Source: a virus (taxonomy: Duplodnaviria; Caudoviricetes). Taken from it: a DNA stretch of 64,000 nt. Position numbers and translations under genes: made by a program. Below, one piece after another: positions 1 to 9,765 of the stretch. The stretch covers positions 1 through 64,000 of the IMG/VR virus record IMGVR_UViG_3300031853_000010; one strand, written 5' to 3'. The notes beneath the pieces were generated by a model. It made no database searches, had not been told where the DNA came from, and worked only from the letters and a program-made list of their open reading frames with translations. Position 1 is the stretch's first letter. Each line of letters starts with the position of its first letter.

Positions 1-193
1 TATCGTATAGCCGCAATGTGTTCCTGCCCACTCAGAAGCTGGCTTATTGAGCATCCTTTCAAGAGCGAGACCGTTATGTGCGCTTCTGCTAATTTGGATA
101 TGTCTACAACTACCAGTTTCATCTCTGCAAAATAAAGTCCAGTAGTATGTGCCGCTAAAAAGCTGTTCAATAATCCAAGGTCTATATTCTCTA

Positions 194-640
194 TCACCCA
201 TTATACTTCCTCCATTTCTCAAGAACCTCAGTATCATGACGGACTTCTTTCCACGGATGCTCATAACACTTATCCACAGAAGTCCAATTACTATTGCCCC
301 ATCCCTTAAAATTATCATAATAATGAGAGAGCGGGTCATATTCCTTCATATATTTAAGAGCTTCTTTTGGTGGCGCAATACGACAGATAATCGCATTAAC
401 TGTTTCGCCAAAACCACTTACATTATCTTTATGACGACATCTGTCAGGGTATAGAGGGTCAATTTCTAACAGCTCATGACCAAGATATACAACAGGACCA
501 TCGCCTATACGCTTAGCCAATGCATACTTGACTCTGCAATATTCCTGCACCGCACGCCAATGGGTATACACACAGCTTGCTTTATTTCTGATTATAAGTA
601 ATGAATATACAAGCGCTTTATCTTCTTGCGTATATTTCAT
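194..640 (-). CDS. hypothetical phage protein
   Basis: 148-aa ORF, GGAGG RBS upstream, TGA stop. Confidence 0.65.
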   Translation of the reverse strand: MKYTQEDKALVYSLLIIRNKASCVYTHWRAVQEYCRVKYALAKRIGDGPVVYLGHELLEIDPLYPDRCRHKDNVSGFGETVNAIICRIAPPKEALKYMKEYDPLSHYYDNFKGWGNSNWTSVDKCYEHPWKEVRHDTEVLEKWRKYNG

Positions 641-725
641 TAGTATTCCTCCTTTAACTTTCTATATATATTATAGCATATTTTTTTATAAAAAACAAAT
701 TTATTTATTTAGAAATTTTTATATG

Positions 726-776
726 AAAAAATGCCGCCATACCCTCTATGAATGATTATACTTAGGCACGGCGGCG
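726..776 (-). terminator. intrinsic terminator
   Basis: Minus strand GCCGCCGTGCC...GGTATGGCGGC stem followed by a T-run; a related hairpin occurs at about 3891-3930. Confidence 0.6.
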
Positions 777-780
777 AATA

Positions 781-1020
781 TTATTCTTCTTCAGTTTTTA
801 TTGTAACTTTAGTGGATAAACTCATATCAATAGTATTAGGTATTACCCACAATTTACAGCCAATGGGGTCAGTTAGTTTTCGAGTTGCCTTGAATAATTC
901 TTCAATTTCAACAGGGTCGTATTCGTCAACGTCGAATTGAATAATAGCAACATCTCCCACTTTTGGGGACAACTTTTTAATCTTATTCTTGTATGCTTTC
1001 TTCCACTGTCTCTTGTTCAT
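781..1020 (-). CDS. hypothetical protein
   Basis: ORF from MNKRQWKK with GGAGG RBS. Confidence 0.55.
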   Translation of the reverse strand: MNKRQWKKAYKNKIKKLSPKVGDVAIIQFDVDEYDPVEIEELFKATRKLTDPIGCKLWVIPNTIDMSLSTKVTIKTEEE

Positions 1021-1423
1021 GTAATTCCTCCAGACTGGCAGGTATTTCGATTTCATCAAAATATAAAGATGCATTATTATTCAATATATTAGTCCACGGA
1101 TTTTTCTTCCAATACTGAGCTTCTTTAAGTTCAACATTAAAATCTGTTATATCGCTCCATAAAACATTATCAGCGTAGCCTTTTTCAACCAGCTCTATTC
1201 TTTTTTCAAGACTATCATATTTTATCTGATATGTTATATAGTCCTCATTACGTGAGGCATGGTTGCATAAGAAGTATGCAATACAGGCCACTAACATTGC
1301 TCCACTTAATATAGCTAAGATAAGTCCTATTCCCCATCCTATCTCATTATCTTTTTCAGAAAAATGATGAATTAAAAATACTCCTATCGCCGTTCCTATA
1401 ATAGTAAGAATTGTAAAAATCAT
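983..1423 (-). CDS. membrane protein, 2 N-terminal TM segments (paralogue of 3910..4326)
   Basis: Two hydrophobic helices; shared C-terminal pattern (F/Y)NxEL...QY...NP. Confidence 0.65.
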   Translation of the reverse strand: MIFTILTIIGTAIGVFLIHHFSEKDNEIGWGIGLILAILSGAMLVACIAYFLCNHASRNEDYITYQIKYDSLEKRIELVEKGYADNVLWSDITDFNVELKEAQYWKKNPWTNILNNNASLYFDEIEIPASLEELHEQETVEESIQE

Positions 1424-1435
1424 TTATATCCCTCC

Positions 1436-1687
1436 TTATCTATAAACATAAGTCTTTTCAATCCAGTAATCATGGATTTCAATAGTATCATACTGACTAT
1501 ACTTCTGCTGATTCTGCTTCATTTCATGAAGTTTTTCAAGGGCTTTCTCTGTGTCCTCTGTTCTCTCACTATCTTCCAGTTCCTGCCCTACAAAATACAG
1601 GGCACTATCAAGGCTTGAAAAAATCATATGCTGGCCCCAGTCGCAATATGAAACTAACCATACTTCCATTACAATATTATCTTCCAT
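1436..1687 (-). CDS. hypothetical protein
   Basis: 83-aa ORF in tightly packed operon. Confidence 0.55.
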   Translation of the reverse strand: MEDNIVMEVWLVSYCDWGQHMIFSSLDSALYFVGQELEDSERTEDTEKALEKLHEMKQNQQKYSQYDTIEIHDYWIEKTYVYR

Positions 1688-1692
1688 ACTTA

Positions 1693-1935
1693 TTAACTCC
1701 TTTTAAAGCAAGCGTATCTACCGTCCTGCTGACATTCATGACAGTATTTATTATTTTGCCAATTCTTACATTTATGATATTCTACTTCCTCAGGCTCATA
1801 GATATAAAACTCCCGAAGCGCATATTGGGTTTTAGGGTCGTCTGAGAAAACTTCTGGATGTTTTCTCGCAAGATGCCCGAACAGTTCTACGCATAAATCT
1901 GCGATATGATGACCATCACCACTAAAATTGTCCAT
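1693..1935 (-). CDS. hypothetical Cys-rich protein
   Basis: ORF from MDNFSG, GGGGGA RBS. Confidence 0.5.
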   Translation of the reverse strand: MDNFSGDGHHIADLCVELFGHLARKHPEVFSDDPKTQYALREFYIYEPEEVEYHKCKNWQNNKYCHECQQDGRYACFKRS

Positions 1936-1945
1936 ATTATCCCCC

Positions 1946-2610
1946 TTATTCAAAATTTATATCATAAATTTTGTTCTTATTAATGCGGCGATATTTATAG
2001 GTAATCGTGCCGCCGACCTCAATCCTCTCCCAATCTGACTTGGATACGTCATAATTGCCGCAACCACCGTCAACCTTTTCGCCTATTACCCATAGGTTTC
2101 AACGTGCGAACCACGTGAGAGGTCTCCAAGAGCAGGAGAAGCAGATGGATATGGTATATCACATTCAGCCTCATGAGGATTTTTGTCCATACCAGAGCAG
2201 GGAATGTTATAAGAGAATACCCACTCATCCTTCTTGTAATGATATCTTGTCTTTGGGATGCGTTCAGTATGAGAACGCTCAGGATGGCGAGTACCATCAG
2301 CATCTGTATATGCCGCCTGGTCAACAATTCTTCGTGTGCGATAGGTTATTTCTGATTGAATGTCATATGCACCCTCGCCCCTTGGGTAATAGTCTGACGA
2401 ATGATTTACTACGGTGAATTTATTGATGGGAATTTGCCAATCCCACCAAGTAGATTTAACTGTCATAGTCTCTTTTACGGGAATGAACAACACTCCAAGA
2501 ATAAATAGGATGATAGTGGCAATAACTGTGACGACTATACCTGTAATATTACCATTAATAAACTCTTTAATTCGAGTAAAAGGAGACGGAACATAATCAT
2601 AGTTTTTCAT
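1946..2610 (-). pseudogene. membrane-anchored protein with apparent -1 frameshift near 2090
   Basis: Frame stops at TAA 2086-2088; the -1 frame continues VIGEKVDGG...DINFE* to 1946 and fills the gap to the next RBS. Confidence 0.55.
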
Positions 2611-2611
2611 T

Positions 2612-3445
2612 TTACTGTCCTTTCTGCTCTTCAATGAGCTGGTCAATAGTGATTGGGTCGCCTACTGACTGACGGGCATAGAGAGTGAGAAGGAGAGACG
2701 CATCACGAGCGTCGACATAGCCGTCGTCGTTCATATCTCCGTAAGCACGATTCCCCTGAGTAGACAGAGTAGCGAGTAAACGGTTATTCTCATCTTTTAA
2801 GGTCTTGTTCTCGACGATGAGATTGTCATTTTCAGATTTAAGCATTTCATTCTCAACAGTAAGGTTGGTAATCTGAGTCTGATAATCAACCACTGGCTCA
2901 CCAAAAGGAATAATAAATGTATCATTCCAAATGTAAAGGGTCTGTTCTGTGGCAAGATAAGGTTCTTTTACATAAAAATCATATGTTGCATATAAATCGC
3001 CAGAACGAGCTGTATTATTATATATTGTAGTATAAACTATATTATCTCCATCATAAGAAACTACATTTTTAGTATATCCATGGCTATTGAATGTAGAACC
3101 ATCATCATTAATTGATGAAATCATTGAATCGTTATATGCAATCTTACCTATTACATCTGCATCGCAACTACCACCCTGCAAGCAATAAAGGTCAATATGT
3201 ATATGTCCATTTGATTCTGCCATGAATGTATACTGGTATACATTTTTGCGTGCATACACATCGGTTATCGTATACTCATGACTTCCTCTCCATATGACGG
3301 AAGGTCCTGTTGACATCTCTGATACATTAGTGCTTGTCGTAGTCTCTGTTATCAATACCCTTTCCGCATTGGCGCTTGCGCCGCTTACCATTCCCATTGC
3401 CATTACTGTTGCGATAAGACTTCCCATTAACTTCTTCATTTTCAT
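2612..3445 (-). CDS. secreted protein with coiled coil and C-terminal dockerin-like repeat
   Basis: Signal peptide MKMKKLMGSLIATVMAMGMVSGASA; C-terminal YGDMNDDGYVDARDASLLLTLYA matches the dockerin Ca-loop/helix. Confidence 0.8.
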   Translation of the reverse strand: MKMKKLMGSLIATVMAMGMVSGASANAERVLITETTTSTNVSEMSTGPSVIWRGSHEYTITDVYARKNVYQYTFMAESNGHIHIDLYCLQGGSCDADVIGKIAYNDSMISSINDDGSTFNSHGYTKNVVSYDGDNIVYTTIYNNTARSGDLYATYDFYVKEPYLATEQTLYIWNDTFIIPFGEPVVDYQTQITNLTVENEMLKSENDNLIVENKTLKDENNRLLATLSTQGNRAYGDMNDDGYVDARDASLLLTLYARQSVGDPITIDQLIEEQKGQ

Positions 3446-3480
3446 TATTTTCTTCCTCCCGTTTTCATTTTTAATTATTT

Positions 3481-3801
3481 TCAATCAAAATTTCCCTCCC
3501 ATGCTTCCAGCTTTGCCATTTCTGTTTTGAGAAGGTCTCTGAACTCACACACTTTCTGCGCATACCAAGGCTCTTGCATTTTATCAGAAATTTCCCAACG
3601 ATGGTTCTCTATCCACTCGACGCAAGCCCTACGGGTTTCTGCTTTACATATCCTTAAACCAGAATATAAATCTGTCGCTACCCAATATCTTCCGTCTTTA
3701 TGAAATCCAATTTCAGTTCCATCCATGCGCCATCCCTTTACAATTTTAATGGGGTCTTCGAGAATGGTTCTGATAGGAAAAATGTGTTTATGAAAACTCA
3801 T
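3481..3801 (-). CDS. hypothetical protein
   Basis: 106-aa ORF, AAGGAGG RBS, directly downstream of a promoter. Confidence 0.65.
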   Translation of the reverse strand: MSFHKHIFPIRTILEDPIKIVKGWRMDGTEIGFHKDGRYWVATDLYSGLRICKAETRRACVEWIENHRWEISDKMQEPWYAQKVCEFRDLLKTEMAKLEAWEGNFD

Positions 3802-3831
3802 TTCTTTTTCCTCCTTAACTTTTCTATATAT

Positions 3832-3860
3832 ATTATATCATAAAAATACAAAAAAGTCAA
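3832..3860 (-). promoter_or_regulatory. sigma70/sigmaA-type promoter
   Basis: TTGACT-17 bp-TATAAT with extended TG. Confidence 0.8.
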
Positions 3861-3909
3861 TTTTATTATAATGAAAAATTTTTAAAGCAAAAAAATGCCA
3901 CTACACCCA

Positions 3910-4326
3910 TTATTTAGGCATAGTAGCATCAGGTAATTTTATAGGTTCAAACTCATCATATACTGGGCATATTATATAGCCATAGACGGGGTTATGTAAT
4001 TTATACTGAGTATCAAGCAGTTCTTTATTATATTCATTCGCTTCATGTATACCTTGTTGCATAATATCATTATACTGCGTTAATTCATACTCAATACACT
4101 CACGGTCTTGCTGTAATCGTATGCGAGTATGATATATGTAATATGGTGTATGATTACCTATAGCCACAAGAGTAAGTGGTATAAATATTAATGCAGTGAT
4201 AATAGTTATCGGTCCAAACGGCGGCGAAAAATCATCTTCATCTGCATCTTTATACTTGTGTTTATAGTGAATTATTTCAACAATAGATATTATTATACAC
4301 GCAATTTCAACCCAAAGTAAAATCAT
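3910..4326 (-). CDS. membrane protein (paralogue of 983..1423)
   Basis: Two TM helices, GGAGG RBS. Confidence 0.6.
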   Translation of the reverse strand: MILLWVEIACIIISIVEIIHYKHKYKDADEDDFSPPFGPITIITALIFIPLTLVAIGNHTPYYIYHTRIRLQQDRECIEYELTQYNDIMQQGIHEANEYNKELLDTQYKLHNPVYGYIICPVYDEFEPIKLPDATMPK

Positions 4327-4337
4327 TATATCCCTCC

Positions 4338-4739
4338 TTAGTAAATCAGTCCAGAATGGCACATGAAAAAAGTTAAAGTTTCTGGTGTGTGTATGACCTG
4401 TGTAAACTGATTAACTTCAATAAGGTAGTCAGAAAAAGTCTTAACTATTCGCCGCCCGTCCTTTGAGAGAATAATATTTCTCGGAGTAGCATAAGAATAT
4501 GGTGTGAAGGCTATATCCTCTTTGACAAAAAGTTTATCCACATCGAGAATGACTACGGCAATCTTAGTCATACCTATTAGTTTAGTCATTTCATGAATTT
4601 GAGCATCTGTATCTGTTGCGGATGGTGCTATGTAAATAGCTGAGTTTGCATCTACATTAATGGGAATTTTGATTTCCTTCTTATACTTTTCGAGTATGGT
4701 ATAAGGAATGTCTTTTAATTTAGTTATCGTTATATTCAT
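4338..4739 (-). CDS. hypothetical protein
   Basis: ORF from MNITITK; start overlaps the upstream stop. Confidence 0.55.
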   Translation of the reverse strand: MNITITKLKDIPYTILEKYKKEIKIPINVDANSAIYIAPSATDTDAQIHEMTKLIGMTKIAVVILDVDKLFVKEDIAFTPYSYATPRNIILSKDGRRIVKTFSDYLIEVNQFTQVIHTPETLTFFMCHSGLIY

Positions 4740-4933
4740 CTCCTTGCCTCCTCCCATATTTTTTCTACATCAATGTTAAGGCTCATACGCATAAAACCGA
4801 GAATATCCTGCACTGCCATTAGCTTTGCAATACTGGCTCTCTTATCTATGTCCTCATCGATAAACCTTCGCCAATAACATTCAGCATCTTTTATGTAAAG
4901 AATTAATTCTTTAAGCTTTTCACTGTCTGTCAT
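4736..4933 (-). CDS. hypothetical protein
   Basis: 65-aa ORF in operon. Confidence 0.5.
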   Translation of the reverse strand: MTDSEKLKELILYIKDAECYWRRFIDEDIDKRASIAKLMAVQDILGFMRMSLNIDVEKIWEEARR

Positions 4934-4934
4934 A

Positions 4935-5228
4935 TTATCCTAACTCCTTTTTCAATTGGTCAAATTTTCCATTGAGCAATACGCACATTTTCTGGCATGC
5001 TGCCTTATCCTTGAAGTATCCATAGCAATATCCCTCTTTGCCCTTTAAGATTGCGCCACGAGACTGAATGAAACGAAGATAGTCGGGATAGGATAGTCCA
5101 AGTAAACGGGCGGCAGGAATTTGAAATGAGCCATGATAAATTATTTCATTATCTCTGATGATGTCAATATCATCGAATGCTGCTATCCATTTGCCGCCGT
5201 CAGCAAGTTCCATTGGTATATATTTCAT
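4935..5228 (-). CDS. hypothetical protein
   Basis: 97-aa ORF, AGGAG RBS. Confidence 0.6.
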   Translation of the reverse strand: MKYIPMELADGGKWIAAFDDIDIIRDNEIIYHGSFQIPAARLLGLSYPDYLRFIQSRGAILKGKEGYCYGYFKDKAACQKMCVLLNGKFDQLKKELG

Positions 5229-5244
5229 TTATTTATCTCTCCTA

Positions 5245-5538
5245 TCATATCATAACTTCCTTCTGAATTTCTCTCATTTCTGCCCACTCTTCATCAGTGA
5301 GCATACAACTTTGAAAAAATTCATCCCAGCTATTGAAGTGTGCAGGACCTGTAATCTTACTCTCATCGAATGGCGGTGCTTCAACACGCTGACTCTTAGG
5401 AACGTAGCCTGGAATTATATACTTACTTACGGTGGCGGCAGAACGACCCAAGATTTTTGCGACCTGAGACTTTACTCCTATCTCACAGTAGAGTTCATTA
5501 ATTTGCTCGATATCCTCATCAGTTATTTTCTTAGCCAT
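5245..5538 (-). CDS. HTH-containing protein
   Basis: KSQVAKILGRSAATVSKY helix-turn-helix pattern. Confidence 0.6.
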   Translation of the reverse strand: MAKKITDEDIEQINELYCEIGVKSQVAKILGRSAATVSKYIIPGYVPKSQRVEAPPFDESKITGPAHFNSWDEFFQSCMLTDEEWAEMREIQKEVMI

Positions 5539-5713
5539 TCTTCTCTCCTGCTATCTTTTTTATGACAACTTCAAGTATGTCAACTTCCTTAGAAATGTAG
5601 CCCAAGTCATCCCTGCCATTCATAATATCCTTTATTAAGGAAAGGTCGTATATACCCAAAGCTTTCAGCATTACTTCTCTCTCTTCTTCTGTAAAAGTAA
5701 ATGTATATTCCAT
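5531..5713 (-). CDS. hypothetical protein
   Basis: ORF from MEYTFTF with AAGGAG RBS. Confidence 0.5.
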   Translation of the reverse strand: MEYTFTFTEEEREVMLKALGIYDLSLIKDIMNGRDDLGYISKEVDILEVVIKKIAGEKNG

Positions 5714-5714
5714 A

Positions 5715-6038
5715 TTATTCTCCTTTATTTCCAAATAAATCTTTTTCATAAGTAGCAATACACATATCACTACAAAATCTGCTTTCATAAAAGATATCTA
5801 CACGATTTGTAGGCTTTCCACAAACACAGCAAGGCTGCACATCTTTTGCGATAATTGCTTCGCCGCGTCTTGATATGTAATTAAATCGCTCATAGTTTTT
5901 TCCATTTCTGGTAAATGTTATCCTATGAAGTTCACCTGTTTCAAACAGGGGCTTAGGAATAATATCTACGAACCGAATAGGGACAATTTCATTAGTATAA
6001 TTATCAACAAGACTTTTTGGCATTAAATCCTTTGGCAT
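5715..6038 (-). CDS. hypothetical protein with C-terminal Zn-finger
   Basis: CCVCG...CSDMC motif. Confidence 0.55.
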   Translation of the reverse strand: MPKDLMPKSLVDNYTNEIVPIRFVDIIPKPLFETGELHRITFTRNGKNYERFNYISRRGEAIIAKDVQPCCVCGKPTNRVDIFYESRFCSDMCIATYEKDLFGNKGE

Positions 6039-6184
6039 TTTTTTCTTCTACCTCCTTCACAAATTCAAGATGGTCTTTACAAGTTTCACAGTCGCCATCG
6101 AAGCAACAACCGCAAATGACTGGGCAATAGTAGTTGTCATTTTCTTCAACTGTTCTATCATCCCACCAATTATATTCTGCCATA

Positions 6185-6517
6185 TCATTCCTCCCAGTAT
6201 CTATCTATGAGAGCCAGCATATTTACCTTACCGACAATATTCATTGTATGAATCATTACCTTATACTTTTTTGTAGTTCTGCCAGTCTCTACAAGCCACT
6301 TAACAAATTCAATTCCATCGCCGCCGTCAAATGCGAAATCACCGAGGTCATGGTCAAGGTCAAGAATGAAATTTTCATAACCCTGTTTTTCTGCTGTTAA
6401 AAGATATTTAATTGCTTTATTAACTGAGTGCGCCAACTTACACTGAGTAGTTTCATCGTTCTTATAAGGACAAGGGCGCATATCATCAAGCCATAAATAG
6501 AAAGTCTTTTCTTTCAT
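6185..6517 (-). CDS. cyclic-phosphate-processing receiver-like domain protein
   Basis: LWLDDxR, LDLDHDLG, DG..FVKW and IHTxNxxG motifs typical of this RNA-repair-associated family. Confidence 0.75.
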   Translation of the reverse strand: MKEKTFYLWLDDMRPCPYKNDETTQCKLAHSVNKAIKYLLTAEKQGYENFILDLDHDLGDFAFDGGDGIEFVKWLVETGRTTKKYKVMIHTMNIVGKVNMLALIDRYWEE

Positions 6518-6552
6518 TTCACTTACTCCTTTCTCTTTAACTTTCTATATAT

Positions 6553-6581
6553 ATTATATCACATTTTTTCAAAAAAGTCAA
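6553..6581 (-). promoter_or_regulatory. sigma70/sigmaA-type promoter
   Basis: TTGACT-17-TATAAT. Confidence 0.8.
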
Positions 6582-6608
6582 AAAAAAAGATAGAATAAAA
6601 TTCTATCT

Positions 6609-7139
6609 TTAAAAATTCAAATCGTTAGCGTTTTCAAGTTCTTTTTTCTGCTCCTCTTTTAATCGCTGGCGAATTGCTGTCAATCTGGAACAAAACTCTC
6701 TTGTAGTTAATACAGTCTCACTCTCTTTTCTCTTGCCAATTGAGTGAGTTAATACAGCATCTCCCGAAGCAAGCAATGCTTTCTTAAAGCCTTCATTCTT
6801 ACTTAGTGCTTCGTATGCTCGGTCAAGCAGGTCTTGGTATTCTTGACTTTCACGCTTGTATGAAACACCCTGCCAGTATAAAGTCTGGTCCTGCCACCAC
6901 TTCTTTTTCTTACCCTTAAATTTCGCCGCCTTGCCTACAAGTTTGCAGACTTCCTTTTGCATTTCGGGCTCTTTGAACTTCAAGGATTGAAGAAACCCTT
7001 CCATTGAATTGCATTCAACTCCGTCGATTATAAAAGGATGTGGAGCAAAGTTTGAGAGTGCATTTGATGGATAGTCTTTTCCACTTCCAATGTCCAATTC
7101 TTCTCTCCCCCATTCTTTAAGAAAACTCCAATCTCCCAT
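6609..7139 (-). CDS. NADAR/YbiA-like protein (phage type)
   Basis: LSNFAPHPF, SMEGFLQSLKF, AKFKG, KKALLASG motifs. Confidence 0.75.
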   Translation of the reverse strand: MGDWSFLKEWGREELDIGSGKDYPSNALSNFAPHPFIIDGVECNSMEGFLQSLKFKEPEMQKEVCKLVGKAAKFKGKKKKWWQDQTLYWQGVSYKRESQEYQDLLDRAYEALSKNEGFKKALLASGDAVLTHSIGKRKESETVLTTREFCSRLTAIRQRLKEEQKKELENANDLNF

Positions 7140-7294
7140 TTGCTCACCTCATATTTTATGAACTTTATTAAAATATGCGGCCTTCCATTTTTTAATCTCT
7201 TCCTGAAGCTGTTTAATGTAAGCTATGGCTTCAGTAGGTCTTGTTTCTACCATTAATCTTAATTCCTTATCATTCATAAGAGCTCCTCCTTCAT

Positions 7295-8008
7295 TTAAAA
7301 CCATAGATTATCACCTTCATTAGCAATCATAATAATATCATCATATATAATTCTTTGTTTTATATTAACGATTTTGTCGCAGTGATAATGACCGCAATAT
7401 GCATGACTATAAATAACTGTATCAAGGATTTTTTGTAGTCTTTCATCAGAAATGGTTGGTTTAAAACCAAGAAAGTTACAAGTATCTACACCACCAGTAT
7501 GAGTAAATACAAAATCAACGGTGTTATTATATTTCTGAAGATTAGCCTTTGCTACCTCTACATCCTCTTCGGTGATTTGTTCCTGTTCCCACCAAGAAAC
7601 GTGAGGCGTACGATAACGTTTACCGTCAACAAATATGTCGTGAGAGTCTGCACCATTTACTACAAGACAGTTCTTACCACAAAGATTATAAATCTTGCCG
7701 CTCATAGCGTAGTAAATTGAATTGCTAACTTTCCAACACATTTCACCGCCGAAAGTTGTAGTAGGAAGCTGCTCAATGGCATCGTAATTTTCATGATTCC
7801 CAAGGACGCAAAATGTAGTCCAAGGCTTATCATCTAAAAACTTTTGCCAGAATCTTTCAGTTGCAGAGTCACACCACACAAAGCCTGCGTCTCCCATAAT
7901 AACAAGAATGTCGTCTTTGGTAAGACCATCGCACTTAAAATGGCGGCTATTTAATTTTGACATATCGAGACCGCCATGTGTATCCCCTGTCAAAAATAGT
8001 CTTCCCAT
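7295..8008 (-). CDS. calcineurin-like metallophosphoesterase
   Basis: GDTHG, GDAG, GNHE, FTH and GHYH motifs. Confidence 0.9.
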   Translation of the reverse strand: MGRLFLTGDTHGGLDMSKLNSRHFKCDGLTKDDILVIMGDAGFVWCDSATERFWQKFLDDKPWTTFCVLGNHENYDAIEQLPTTTFGGEMCWKVSNSIYYAMSGKIYNLCGKNCLVVNGADSHDIFVDGKRYRTPHVSWWEQEQITEEDVEVAKANLQKYNNTVDFVFTHTGGVDTCNFLGFKPTISDERLQKILDTVIYSHAYCGHYHCDKIVNIKQRIIYDDIIMIANEGDNLWF

Positions 8009-8019
8009 ATATTCCTCCT

Positions 8020-8313
8020 TTACCAAGAAATCGTTTCCATTGTTAGCCCTTCTCCAAAGATAGATTCTGTTTCCAATTCTGATTTTAATTCCTTAATCTG
8101 ATATGACATACAATCATCATCTGGCATACAAATTTCATAATGACCCGCAGAAAAATTGCCATCTAAATGCACACCAGTAGTTTCGCATACAGTGTCAATT
8201 GTCATATTAGCTACGTTGTTAAATATCAACTAACATTCTCTATCATTCTGGTCTTTACAAAAGGCTATCACCTTATAGACAGGACCGAGTTTAACAATTC
8301 CATTATCACTCAT
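8020..8313 (-). CDS. hypothetical protein (1 in-frame TAG)
   Basis: ATG at 8313 overlaps the upstream gene end; TAG readthrough joins it to track ORF 8020..8229. Confidence 0.55.
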
Positions 8314-8854
8314 TCTTTTCACCTGCCAATTTATTCATTACGTCCGTATAAATAAACTCATAGAACTCATTGTTACCCAATCCAAGAACATAAGGAATTT
8401 TATGGTCATCAAGGAACATCTGAATTTTATCACCTATTTCATCAGACTCTTCCTATGTCTGATTACGTCCAATAGGATTGTAGGGCTTATCTCTTAATAG
8501 ACAGTAGTTTATATTATCATATTCATTAAATATGTTGAGAACAAGTTTTTCATAGCTCTCATCAAGAACTGGATTAGTATTGTAGAATACGCCCAATGGA
8601 AGAGGACTATCTGTGATGATGATATCAACCTTATCGCGGCAACGCTTCATACGGAAAGACTGCTTACCAAGAATGTATTCCTGACAGTCCAATGCAACAT
8701 GATTTCCTTCCCATGTTTTATCCTTTGCATATTCGGTAATCAGCTCACAGTTTACATTCTTCATTTTAAGCTGAGCAAATAGCCATGCTGCGGCAGTAGA
8801 CTTACCACTACCTGGTGCGCCAAAAAGATTTACAACAATAGTTTTCTTATTCAT
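8306..8854 (-). CDS. NadR/AAA_28-like P-loop nucleoside/nucleotide kinase (1 in-frame TAG)
   Basis: GAPGSGKST, ITDSPL; GRNQT[TAG]EES continues to TGA at 8306. Confidence 0.75.
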
Positions 8855-8874
8855 ATATCAACCCCCTGCCTTTA

Positions 8875-9393
8875 TTAAAATTCTCCTTCATGTTCTTTTC
8901 TCCACTGAGTGAAGTCTTGATTTATCTCAGAAATATATTTGCTGATTTCATTGTTGACATATTCCTGAAATTCTGATAAACTTATTTCCTCATAATATCC
9001 AGTAAATTCTTTGTATACGTCCTCTGCTTCAAAGACATCGGTATGAAGAGTATCAATCATTAAAACAGGACAATCTTCGCCGCCATACTCATTATCCATT
9101 CCCATTCTCAAAATAGGAAGCTGGTAAGGATTGAAGCTCATTCCATCCCTATTCCATGAGATAGGAGGGAGACTGTAAACGAAGAACGGAGCTGGCGGCG
9201 GGACAATACGGTCGCCTTTTACCATATAGTCCCTACCTCTAAATGCCTTACCAACCAGCGGCGCATAGCGCTGTTGGATAAGAGTATTTATATCCTGCTC
9301 AGTCTTAAACATTTTGTTTCTGAGTTCAATGTTCTCTTCATTCAACTCATGGTACTGCTGATTATATTGTTTTAATTTCTCATACGCCGTCAT
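8875..9393 (-). CDS. hypothetical protein
   Basis: 172-aa ORF. Confidence 0.6.
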   Translation of the reverse strand: MTAYEKLKQYNQQYHELNEENIELRNKMFKTEQDINTLIQQRYAPLVGKAFRGRDYMVKGDRIVPPPAPFFVYSLPPISWNRDGMSFNPYQLPILRMGMDNEYGGEDCPVLMIDTLHTDVFEAEDVYKEFTGYYEEISLSEFQEYVNNEISKYISEINQDFTQWRKEHEGEF

Positions 9394-9754
9394 TCTTCTT
9401 TACCTCCACCCACTTTTCAGTAAGAACCTGTTTCCTTTCAACTTCATAGAAGACAAATTCCTCATCTTCAATACCATAGTCATCATGCCAAGCTACATAG
9501 GTGAGATAATGTTTATCATCAATGGTTAAAATAAGTTCTCTTGTTATGAAACCATGTGATAAGATTTCTACTGTTTCGCCATAGTCCCAAGTGTCGTCAA
9601 CTATATCTGTAGCTATCCAAAACTCAGTCTGACTAATGGTCTCTCCTGCAATAAGTCTTTCTTTACATTTCTTATAAAGAAAATCTTCTTCCTGTTCTGA
9701 GAGTTCTTCTCCATTTCTCCATTTCTCTACCAATTCATCATAATTATATTCCAT
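9380..9754 (-). CDS. hypothetical acidic protein
   Basis: 124-aa ORF, AAGGAG RBS. Confidence 0.6.
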   Translation of the reverse strand: MEYNYDELVEKWRNGEELSEQEEDFLYKKCKERLIAGETISQTEFWIATDIVDDTWDYGETVEILSHGFITRELILTIDDKHYLTYVAWHDDYGIEDEEFVFYEVERKQVLTEKWVEVKKNDGV

Positions 9755-9765
9755 TAAATTTCTCC

